NCBI GenBank assembly: GCA_964016885.1
Contig: OZ024742.1
Span: 272,056,001-272,120,000 of the forward strand
Direction of reading: 5' to 3'
Length of the DNA stretch: 64,000 nt
Source: Eledone cirrhosa
Taxonomy: Eukaryota
The position numbers and the translations under genes are program-made. The notes beneath the pieces are model-generated. The model saw only the letters and a program-made list of their open reading frames with translations, did no database searches and was not told the origin of the DNA. Shown piece by piece: positions 41,001 to 53,072 of the stretch; the first letter of the stretch is position 1; each line of letters opens with the position of its first letter.

Positions 41001-41400
41001 TGGAGGAAGCTGAGGGAGTTTCACTTTTCCCTGGAAGCAGCACAGAGATTTGGGCCCATGTGGCCAGCGATAGGCTTTGCAGTGCGAACAAACAGAGGCA
41101 AATAGACACCCTGCATTATGTTGTGGCATTATGGAAAGAACAGTTTGCTTTTGGAAAGGTTCATCAGTAGGTTTCTTTGCCAGACCTTCAATTGACCTGT
41201 TCCTTCCACTCTGAACGTTTGGGGTATTTGTTGCAAGTTGTTGGTGTGTTAGCTGAATTATTTTTGTAGAAATTTGTTGGGATGTTGTAGAGCGATTAAT
41301 GTTTGATTGATTTGACCTCATCTTTCTTTGTCGATGTTCGCCTGCTGCCATGCGTTGGGATTTAGATGAGAAATGTTTTCTGTGTCCCATATTCACTTTC
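38062..41400 (-). mobile_element. Internally deleted, decayed Helitron (RepHel)
   Basis: N-terminal CSHC..CC.QGKVKLP, IRAYN, QLYFYD, LLFPWG. Rep motifs GSPR, FITVTTNPNW, KRGL..TH, HGPCG, VPYNP. PIF1 helicase AGTGKT, LLIIDE, QILPVV. Hairpin-CTAG ends at 38375-38412 and 38062-38098. Confidence 0.92.
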
Positions 41401-41470
41401 TGTCATGTATGTATAAATATATGTTATCTTTACGGTGAAATGTTAAAACAAAAAAATAAATATATATATA

Positions 41471-41912
41471 TGACGTATTATCTTCGTGTTTTCCGTTCAG
41501 TTCCAGAGAACGTCTCCACGAACCACCTAATAGAATATTAGTCTACGACTTCATTTATACCATAAACGTGGTTATGTCTTTGCGTGTAATTGTTTTCTTC
41601 GCTCCAAATAATGACGTATTATCTTCGTTTTTTTCCGTTCTTTTCCATGGAACGTTTCCACGTACCAAAGTACCGCCTTCCTGTCTTCCTTCGGTTGCAA
41701 CGTTTCGAGATATTTACTTCTGCGTTCACATATTAATTTGTTTAGTTTCAGAAGATCCCGTTAAGAGTGAAAGCAGCGATTCTTTGCTTAAACTTTAATC
41801 TGTTATTTTAATAAATATTTGCTCCACGGTTCTTATATATTTGATATATATTTACCCTTATCGAGCCCTCTTTGGATTTTAGATTTTAGTTTTCAAATTT
41901 ATTATTATTACT
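41471..41912 (+). mobile_element. Family D pLTR-like repeat, copy 2, with HHR and 3' tail
   Basis: Reverse complement of 30915-31200 and 42783-43050. Tail ccttatcgagccctctttggattttag, then (TA)n. Confidence 0.82.
41744..41794 (+). ncRNA. Type I hammerhead variant (U4->A, CUU triplet)
   Basis: AGTTT-CAGAAGA-tccc gttaa gagt-GAAA-GCA gcgattctt TGC-TT-AAACT. Confidence 0.6.
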
Positions 41913-42524
41913 ATATATATATATATAAATATATATTTGCGTGAGAAAATACCTATATGTGTGTATAAATAATACATACATATTTATGTTTTTAATAATC
42001 AATGGAGTTCTTCACGCGTGGTTAAAATTCATGACATAATTACTTGACCTGCGTATATATTATTTCATGTTTTACGATGACCTCCCCTTCCCGTTTGGGG
42101 ACAGTGTGAAATTTCCTTTTGTGAGACTGCTGGAATTTCAAATTTGGCGGACACTCTAGCACTGACGGGGACCATCGCTGAATATTAATATCGGTATGGT
42201 TTTTTATAATGATATTACTGGGCATCCACTGATGATTTATAAGTGCCCACCAGCATATATACCTATGGACTATGCGCAAGCTTCTACATAACCTTGACAT
42301 TATTTTCCCAAATTGTAGAAAACTTATAATGAAACGATCGTTTGTAAGAAGAGATGTATTTAATGATGTCTCATAAAATAATACAGCCGGCTATCTGCAA
42401 AATACAATATAGTTAGAACCCCAAACATATAATTAGGATTATACTCAGATATATCCTAATGTTTGTTGAGTGAGATAGATGTCGGTCAGAGAATTGCTTA
42501 AAGCTTTCTCTGTTAATGTATTAA

Positions 42525-42576
<52 letters not shown>

Positions 42577-42624
42577 ATGTTATATAAACATGTTCTAACG
42601 GTTTTAAACTCCTTGTATTCATTT

Positions 42625-43651
<1,027 letters not shown>

Positions 43652-43681
43652 TTATATATATATATAATATTTGAAATTGAT

Positions 43682-44464
43682 AGGGTTATTTGTAGTTACC
43701 ACAATTCTGGTTTGTATTTATTTTCTTGGTTTGTTCTTAAATTGAGTCAGGCAAACCCTATTGTCTATAGTAAGTATTCTTAGCGAATCAGCTCCCGTAT
43801 GATATAACACATATTTGTATATATCTGTGTTTGTATTTCTGTTATATTCAATTATATTATACGGCTCGAAAAAATCTCTTTTCTAGAGCTATGTTATTGT
43901 AAGAGACTATTTTCAGTTTCTAACTCAATATATACCTTTGATATATTCGGCTCCGTTAATTTGTTGAGCTAATTCAAATGTCGAATATACCTGGCTGCTA
44001 TTTTTAATGGTGTAAGTTTTTGAGACGCGCTAAGTTCAGATATCATGTCCGTTGTTATATATACGCACAGTATTCAATTTCTTAATATACTTAGGATACT
44101 AATCTAGGATACTAATTCTTCACCCACTGATGATCAAGAATTGGCATTCCTATTCACAAATATTTTGCGAAACAGCAGTACCTAAAGCTGTCTGGGTGAT
44201 TGGTAGTTACCACAATTCCGGTTTGTATTTATTTTCTTGATTTATTCTTAAATTGAACAGGCAAACCCTATTGTCTATAGTTAGTATTCTTTTCACCTTA
44301 GCGAATCTGGTCCCTTAAGATTTGAACACATATATGTATATATCTGTGTTCGTCTTTCTTTTATATTCAATTATAATATACGGCTCGGAAAAATTTCTTT
44401 CCTTGAGCTATTTGATTGTAAGAGACTATTTTCAGTTTTTAACTCAAAATATACCTTTGATATA
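43682..44464 (+). mobile_element. Retrozyme-like non-coding tandem repeat, 511-bp unit (~1.5 copies), with HHR at the junction
   Basis: tagttaccacaatt starts at 43693 and 44204, and the similarity continues to atacctttgatata. No ORF. Confidence 0.8.
44120..44199 (+). ncRNA. Canonical type I hammerhead ribozyme
   Basis: 7-bp stem I TCACCCA/TGGGTGA; CTGATGA at 44127; stem II CAAGAAT/ATTTTG; GAAA at 44169; stem III CAGC/GCTG; GTC triplet (cleavage after 44192). Confidence 0.92.
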
Positions 44465-44615
44465 AATATGTATATAGTTTCCATACGCGTGTTGCTGCTA
44501 CTGTTGTCGTGACTACTTCATACTAATCTCTCTCATATAGATAGAGTGACTGTGACAGAGAGAGAGATTGTGTGGGAGTATATGAATAGAGAGGTACAGT
44601 ACATAGAGGCACTGT

Positions 44616-44696
<81 letters not shown>

Positions 44697-45496
44697 CACA
44701 GTCACTACTCTCTTTATATACTCACACATATAACCTCTCTTTCTCGCTCTAGCAATTTTATAAAATGAAAGAACAACATACACACATACACACACATACA
44801 CATCAGCGTGGTGAAAACAATCCAAATCGGTTTATCTTTCTCTTTCACTCTTTCTCTCTATATATAGTATAGATATACCGGAAGTATTGGAATTTGAATC
44901 TTTTAAAGAAGTGAAACTTGAACTATGCAATAAGATGTGTATATATGTTTAATCATGTGTTACGAAATTTAGTAGATAAATTATGTAATATTTATTCATT
45001 ATTTATTCAAAGTAATCCAAATTATTTTATAAACGGTATACAAAATTATTATAGTTTAGATTATATTATAACAATCAAGCAAATTTACCCTGTACGAGAT
45101 TAAGGTGAATAGTCGTAGGTAGGCAAGTATATATACCAAATCAACATTAATGGAGTTTAAGAATACAGAATTTGCTACCAGAGCTACGATTATTTGACTT
45201 GTCTTATCTAGAAATCTGAGTTTAGCTAAAATGTATGAAGATGTGACTCAATGTTGGTGTTATTATAGTATCAGGTATTTGACCACAGGGAGAGTAATGT
45301 CTGTCACATGATGTTCCAGCATTCTTTTCACCGTTATTCGAACTATTCAGGTTCGACATTTAAAAATTCATATGGAGCATTAGTGAATTTAATGTTGCAC
45401 AAACACTGGTGTTTTTAGCGTGACACCATACAGTTAGAAAAAATGAAAATAAATATTTCTGTATAATTTGTATGACATTTAGCTATCATTATTATT

Positions 45497-46325
45497 GTGG
45501 GATTGGCAGTATCGGTAGAGGGTCGGACGCCATGCTTTCCAGCATAGTTACGTTCGTTTACGATCTGAGTTCAAATCCCGCCGAGGTTTATTTTGCCTTT
45601 CATCCTTACGGGGTCAATAAAATAAAGTACCAGTAATGCACTGGTAATTGCTGGCCTTGTGCCTAAAGTAGAAACAATTATGTTTGTGCTACTGACAGGT
45701 GGTGGATTGGCAGTATTGGTAGAGGGTTGGACGCCATGCTTTCCAGCATAGTTACGTCCCTTTATGATCTGAGTTCAAATCCCGCCGAGGTTGACTTTGC
45801 CTTTCATCCTTACGGGGTCGATAAAATAATGTACCAGTAATGCACTGGGTAATTGCTGGCCTTGTGCCTAAACTAGAAACAATTATTTTTGTGCTACTGA
45901 GTTCAAATCCCGCCGAGGTTAACTTTGCCTATCATCATTACGGAGTCGATAAAATAAAGTACCAGTAATGTACTGGTTAATTGCTGACCTTGTGCCTATA
46001 ATAGAAACAATTACTTTTGTGCTATCTTTAAAGTGTTCTTAATGTAAGTTCTGTTTATAATTCATGGCCCTTTATGATCTGACATCAAATCCTGCCGATG
46101 TTAACTTTGGCTTTCATCCTTACGGCTCGATAAAATAAAGTACCAGTTATGCACTGGGGTAATTGCTGCCCTTGTACCAATATTAGAAACAATTATTATA
46201 TTCTTTAGCATCTACCATTTATGGTCTGAATCCAAATCCCGCCGAGGTCAATCCAGCTTCTCGTCTCTACCGAGTCTACAAAACAAAGCACCAGCAATCG
46301 CTGGCCCTGTGCCAAATGTAAAAAC
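45497..46325 (+). mobile_element. Head-to-tail array of five tRNA-derived SINE copies
   Basis: Copies start at ~45497, 45698, 45897, 46068 and 46210. The first three are followed by the same spacer (tttgtgcta). Confidence 0.92.
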
Positions 46326-46829
46326 AGCCTTTATCAGCAGCATCACCACTAACATCAACAAATCATTATGGTTTTCATTTTTCAATGGCAGTAATTGTAG
46401 TGGTGGTGTTAGTGGTGATGGTGGTGTGGGAGTGGTTGGGTATCATTGTAATGATTGAATGACTGTGACTTTTTCATTTTTGTTTTCGAAGGACAGGGAC
46501 ATCAGTGAGGAACGAGGGTGGGGTGGGGGTGGTAAGGGGTGTTTCATTCAAACATTTTGAATTTTGTTTTTCTTTTGATGTTGCGTTTGTTTTTGTGTGT
46601 GTTCTCTTCAGTAGCTTTTGCACTTGTTACTTATAATAAATAAACAAGTTGACCTCCTTCCTTAATATTTGAACTAAACATTTTTTAAGAGAACTAAGAA
46701 ATACCACAATAACAATAATTATTATCATGGGATTTGTGGTAGTAGTCGGTGTGATATTGTTGTTATTTAGCTGTTCTACTTAGCGGACGCAATGTGATTT
46801 TCTGCCACTTTCTGCTATTTTTTTTTTTT

Positions 46830-48237
46830 TTTTAATTATATGTTGAAATATTTTTCTTTCAGTCTCAGTCATTGATGTTATTTAACTAGAAAGTTTGTTT
46901 AAAATAATATTAATCCGCTACCAGCAGACTCAGACATTCAGGACGTATCAGAGTGTTTTTGCTGTTCCCAGCAAGCATGCCTTTTGAAGTGTTCCAACAA
47001 ACGGGGCTGGACTAACCTTCTTTAACCATCTTTGGAAGCTCTTTGAGATGGTACCTAGTGTGGCTATGATAATCGGGACGACCTTGATCTCATGGCAGTT
47101 CCAAATCCTTTTTTAGCTCCAACTATAAAGCCTGGTATCGGTTAATTTCCTCCCTCTTCTTTTCTTGCACCCTCGTGTCAAATGGGCAGGCTACATCTAC
47201 AATCAAGCACGATCTTCTTTCCTTGTCAAAAACCGCCAGGTCAGGTCTATTGTGTTCTAATTTCTTGTCCGTCTGTATCCTAAAATCCCATATCCCTTTC
47301 CTAGATCGTTTTCTATCACCGACTCTGGCTTATGCTCATACCACTTCTCAGAATGTGGTAAATTGTTTAGCTTGCATAGATGCCAGTGGATCACCCTGCC
47401 TATCATATCATGTCTCCAGCCTTTATAGTGAGTCTGGGCTAGGTGTTTACACTCGGACACAATGTGAGCCACAGTCTCCTCTCACACTCTCCACAGATCC
47501 TCCACAGTGAGCTAGCCTCTTTCTTGTCAATATGGTGTTTCATCCACTTCGTTCTGAGGACTGGCTCTTACGCATCCATTAACAATCCTTCTGTAGCCTT
47601 TTTAAGGTCTCCTCTTTTTAACCAGTTCCATGTCTGTGGATCTCTGGATCCCGGTTTCTTAAAGAAGAAGCTATGAATGGATATTTCATGAAGGTTGGTC
47701 GTCCTCCTTGTTGTTTCCTCCTTGGACATCCCCTGGTCTATTGTCTTCTCCATCGGTACAAATTTGATCATTGGCTCCCTACTGTCAGCCACATATTTGT
47801 GCAGACTGTTTCTCTCCATCTGAACACCATCATCTATGCTGATAAGACCTCTTCGCCCTTCAGATCTCTTTAAGTAGAGTCTATCAACATCACTCCTCTT
47901 GTGGAACATGTAGATAGTCAATAGCTTCCTAGTCTGTGTATCCATTCTTTTTGCTCAGCAATATATTTTCAGAATTCCCGCACTGTACATAATAATATAC
48001 ACAGCTGGGGAATTTACTGCCCTTATGACATTCCTTCTATTTATAATGTGATTTTAGTATGTTCCTTACACTCCTTATGTATTCAGATCTTATCAATTCC
48101 TTCAATCCTTTTGTTCTTGATGTCATCTGCCACCAGAAAACATAAATATTTGTATCCCTCTTCAGCGTCGATTTCCTTTATCATCTCACGTCTTGGTACC
48201 TGGATTCCGTTGCTTCTGCTCAATTTACCCCTCTTCT
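46830..48237 (-). mobile_element. 5'-truncated R4/Dong-type LINE
   Basis: ORFs 47568..47945 and 47257..47472 (DVDRLYLKRSEG, AHIVSECKHL, RHD). 3' UTR as in the other copies. Confidence 0.92.
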
Positions 48238-48639
48238 AACCCATTACCTCCTTGTCACCTTTGCATTAATCATGAATATCTTGCTATAAAAGGCACCACA
48301 CTTTTCCCTGGCATCACAATAATTCTATGAGTATTTAATGTAGCTTAATTGCTCTAAATTAACATTTCACTCGTCTCTTGCTCTACGTGGCAGCGTTTGG
48401 TTTATGTAAGAATATGTGACCCGAGTGGACTGTCATTACCGTTGTTATGGGACAGCACTGTCAAGGTCCACCTCAATGGCCGACAACCATACAGTTTAAA
48501 ATTTTATTTTAAAAAATAATCTTTTAAGGTTTCCGCTTAAAAAATTGATTTTCCTTTTCGTTTGTTTCCGTTCGTTATCTTATCCTCTCATTTTCAATTT
48601 TAAAGTAAAATTAAGACACCGAGCGGTCACAAGTGGCGA

Positions 48640-48935
48640 TGTGATTTGCACCTAGAAAGCTCTCTTATGAGGCACAAGTCGGAACAAGTTTATTTGAAGA
48701 CCAGCAGTCATGCATGCATAAAATTCTCCCCTATAACTGATGTTGTCCAATGGAAAGTCTTAGGTCGATACAGCTTGGCACTACAGACGTCCCAACTCAT
48801 TTCTAAAGCTGAGTAAACTAGAACAACGTAAAATAAAGTATCTTGCACAAGAACGCAACGCATCCACCGTTTTCAGTGTCGAAATCCCAACACGATTGCA
48901 AGTACATCGCTCTAACCACCAATCCATACACCTTA
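48640..48935 (-). mobile_element. Second, older tRNA-derived SINE family
   Basis: Minus strand: tggtggttagagc (A box), ttcgac (B-box remnant), then gttcttgtgcaagatactttattttacgttgttctagtttactcagc, a CORE-like central domain. Confidence 0.6.
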
Positions 48936-48961
48936 ACATATATAGTGCTGGAGAAATATCT

Positions 48962-50250
48962 ATGCCTGTGGAACTTTCAAAGAAGGCGATAAGCTACAGT
49001 ACACAGTAGATTTGGAGAACAGGTTCAGTGCTCTATTTGGAGAGGTAGAAGTGATAGAGAGTTGGGTGGACTGAGGAGAGTGTGGTGTATAGGTATGGAT
49101 ACTTCGCCACTGCAATGACAGAAGCAAGTCAGACCCTGGTGCCGAAGAGTAAGAGGAAGAGGAAGGGGATGACAAGTTTGCAGACCATAGTTTTCATTGA
49201 CTTCAGCAAGGCATTGTTTTCTGTGGACAGGGCTGCGTGGTGAAGAACTTACTAGCTTATAGAATCCCCAGGTAGATAGTGGACATGATATCACTGCTCT
49301 ACACCAGCACTAGTGTGCAAGTCATTAAACCTGACGGGATGACGAAGTTCTTTGAGATACTAGCTGGAGTGCTCCAGAGCAATATATTGGTTCCCTATCT
49401 TTTCGTCATCGCAGTGGACTGTTGTATCCGCCTTGCACTGGAGAAACACCGGGACTCAGACATCACTGTAACACCGGCTTAGAGCAAAATAGTTAAGGCT
49501 AAAAAAATATTAGATGCTGAACTCTATGACGATATAGCTCCCGTGACAAATACAGTGAAGTTAGCAGTGGAGATTGTGCGAGAGGTAGAGACCGTGTCGA
49601 TAAGTGTGAGATTGAAGACCAAATATCTGGTATAGAAGATCAATGAGCCATAGAATATTGTGAATCTAGGCCGGAAACCACTGGAGTTGCTTAAGGACTT
49701 CCTGTATTTTGGTATAAACATTGGGAACGCAGAGGATGATGTGGTGGAAAGGAAAAGAAATGCCTGGACGGCCCGTCGCAGTTTGAGGTTGGTGTGAAAA
49801 TCGGACGATCCTAAAGACCCAACGATTCGTCTCTTCGTTGCTACACTGGATGCTGCTGTACATGACTGAGACTTGGACACTGACCAAGAGATTCACTGAG
49901 ACGGTGGATGATGCTACCCCAGAATTCTGAGGTGGCTCTGAATGTTAATCAGTATACACTGAAGAGAAGTATATCACAGCTGTACGGGAGGCTCCTAAGA
50001 GTCAGCTAGCAAGTGACACGGAGGAGACTGAGGTAAGGTGGACATGCTCATCAACATTCAGATTAGACATTGTAATCAGTGGTCCTGTGCAAGGCCCTAC
50101 ACTAATACACTAGAAGAGTGAGTTTGAGAATGGCATAGGCTGATGCTCTAATGACAGACACTGGTTCTTGGGAAACACCGGACTTAGTGGCGATGTTGAA
50201 GGACAGAGACCGCTGGACAGAACTCATCCATGGATCTCGTGAATATTACC
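48962..50250 (+). mobile_element. Decayed RTE-clade LINE (RT 3' half)
   Basis: IVFIDFSKA (~49187), GVLQSNILVPYLFVIAVD, YDDIA, DFLYFG, ETWTLT, GHA. Many stops. Confidence 0.75.
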
Positions 50251-50384
50251 CGCTCTATATATATAGTCAATATTGTAAGAAATATGTATGAGATGACTAA
50301 GACGATGCAAACTGGACTGTAAATTGAGAGAGCAAAAAATATAGTTATCTGGTATTTATTATCGTTATCTTTATTTCATCTTTC

Positions 50385-51040
50385 CTAATATTTGGGGAAT
50401 TTAAAACCCTTCCTCAGAATTTGGAGAGATCACAGAGTAAAACGTTTTGGTCCATTCATTTTGAAATTAGATTTACATTTAACATTTAGAAACGTCTTCC
50501 AAACGTTTGCTTTAACATCCATGAAACGTAAGAGGATGACGTCAATTGCCGTATGTTTTACCTCAATTAAGAAAATTTGGTGTAAATTGTTGTATTTAGG
50601 GTGATTGTGTGTGCGTGTGGCTTCATTATTTTTTGTCATGAATTGTTTGCTGAGTTTCATTCTGCCATTGATTTGTAGGATGTGTCTAATTAAAAGCAGC
50701 GCTTCTTTTATTCTTAAGTTGCCCGCATTTCTTTCTCTGGTTTCAATATTGACTGGTATGTTTTTGTCGGTTCTTTTGTATTTGAGAATGTGTATTTTGA
50801 ATAAGGATGTAAGTGTGTTGAGGTGTACTTTAATGGGGTTTTGAATGCTCGAATCGCACTACCGTTGTAAAATTTCTTAAATTTATTGCATACAATCAGG
50901 TATAGCACATGAGTCCGCTGACACATACTTGTGTCACATATAGGGCATTTAGTCAGCGTGCATTGGTGGTTGTTATCACAGGATCACTTTTTAGATAGGC
51001 GTCCTCGCAGGGAATTGCTTGAGTAAGCTAATTGTATGCC
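50385..51040 (-). mobile_element. Penelope-like GIY-YIG remnant with CxxxxCxxC finger (Naiad-like) and a degenerate HHR at 50385-50421
   Basis: CTLTKCPICDTSMCQRTHVLYLIVCNKFKKFYNGSAIRAF and LRIKEALL..IN. Downstream: CTGAGGA-aGGG...CCC-cAAA (G12 lost). Confidence 0.65.
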
Positions 51041-51390
51041 CAATCCTTTCTTCAGATGATCAGAAAGGTTGAAAGAAACACTGGTAAATGTAACATAAAT
51101 AAGTGTAACGGAGGAATTGTAGGTCTGTTATTTTATTACATCACTACATGATCAAAGATTGCCATTTGCTTTTTCTCCACTTGTCATCGTTTAACTCTAG
51201 ACAGCACTAGAGCATAGATAATAAGGATGATTTCTCATTAAAACGGTTGAAATATGAAATACAGCCATAATCATTCCACCTTTATATATTATATATATAT
51301 ACAGTGATAGAGACATAGAGAGAGATGGGGAGAGTGAGAGAGCGAAGGAGAATGGGGGAGATATAAAGAAAGAGAGAGAGAGGAGGGGAG

Positions 51391-51481
<91 letters not shown>

Positions 51482-52773
51482 GTATGAAATGCTGAAAATA
51501 AATATTTTAGTATACGGAATTTATCTTCCAGCATAAAATGCTATATCTGGTGATTGTCTATCTATCATTTTATGTTCTAAAGCTCTTTTTGTTCATAAAT
51601 AAAATTCAGTGACGCTCAATCGTATCAAATGGCTTATCTAGATTACGCCCAGAAGGAATTAAATTTCTACCATATTCGTACGTCTGAAAGCATAAACTTT
51701 CCAATGTATGCGCATATGGTTCCACATAATTATAACTACATTCATAGACACATACACAAATGCATCCATATATGAGTTCACTCATGTATAGAAATCATAT
51801 ACACATACACATACTTGTATATGTAGGTGAGTGTGCGTATTTATAACACTAAAGATATCCACGTTCTCTACAGAAATTAATGCTATTATATTATATTTAT
51901 TTTCAGTTCATACAGGACGTTGCGACCTTCATCAGAGCCAATTCACGAAAGACACATTAATTCTTTATATACTAATGTTGATTCTCGCCAACAAAACGGA
52001 TAAACGCTTATATATTTACATATGGATACAGATACTAGTTAATTCTTGAAATAATTTTCTATATAGAATCGGATTTCATAAGGTCCTTATACGAAATTAT
52101 ATCAATGAAAGTGAAGCGCAGTAGAAAATGTACTTGAAATAGTTGTTCCCTACGAAACAGTGTCCATCCCAATAAGTTTTTCGGCGACCATGTCTTGAAA
52201 AGGAATGCAAATTTGAAAAGTCTTGGCAATATCGTCAAACAACAGTACAAATTAGTAACATTTTAACAGTTGCTAAACATTTTTACTTCTTCCTGAAAAT
52301 GTTATATGTATCACGAGCAGCTCAACTCTTCGAAAAGAAAAAAAGTATTTGGTAAATTATTAATCTTTTAATGAAGCCAGGTATACCCTGATTGTAACAA
52401 CGGTCATCAACTGCCTCTGGTAAAATATAACATTTCAGATTTGAAAGAAGTTGACTTAAGATTTCGAGAGGAAATAAATAATCTAATATAATATCCAACT
52501 CTGATATATCATCACAAATAAAAAATTGCAATGATCAAATTGATATTAGGCATCAACGTGGTATCAGTTACATTGTGCGCCTTCTCGGGGAGAAAAGAAA
52601 TGTTTCGTTAGTGAGATGGTTCGTAGATATCGAATTCGTCTAATTAATAATATCAGATAATTACAGGTTTAATCTGACAGAAAATCAAACGAAGACCAGG
52701 GACAGTAGAAATTCGCAAAAGTGTTTAAATACAGAAGACAACACAGCAGCCGTATCTTAGACCAAACATGTAA

Positions 52774-52820
<47 letters not shown>

Positions 52821-53072
52821 TGATTTCTTTAATAACCACAAGGGTTTACATAAAGTAGACATTAAGGACAGTGCAGGACAATACAGGACGGTACAAATGG
52901 GCATTTCTACGTGTAAAAAAACAAAAACAGAGGATGTAACAACAAATAACAATGAAAAATTCCTCAATAGGGGGGAGACTTCGGAGGGACATTTGTAGAG
53001 AAAGCCCAGTAAAAGGCCACAATGAACCTGACCACCAAGGCAAGTGCCCTCTCCCAGTTTTTCACCTTTAAT

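Noticed and set aside
42040-42520. Possible Penelope RT fragment (KCPPAY..., RDVFNDV)
   Set aside because: The motif similarity is too weak to support by eye.
45497-46325. CRISPR-like array or tRNA gene cluster
   Set aside because: The units are ~120-200-bp SINEs without unique spacers or a full cloverleaf, in a eukaryotic context.
48415-48631. Possible MITE with TGTGACC/GGTCACA ends
   Set aside because: Only a 7-bp inverted match, with no second copy and no clear TSD.
52059-52531. Short minus-strand ORFs as host exons
   Set aside because: No recognisable motif and no consistent splice or phase chain.
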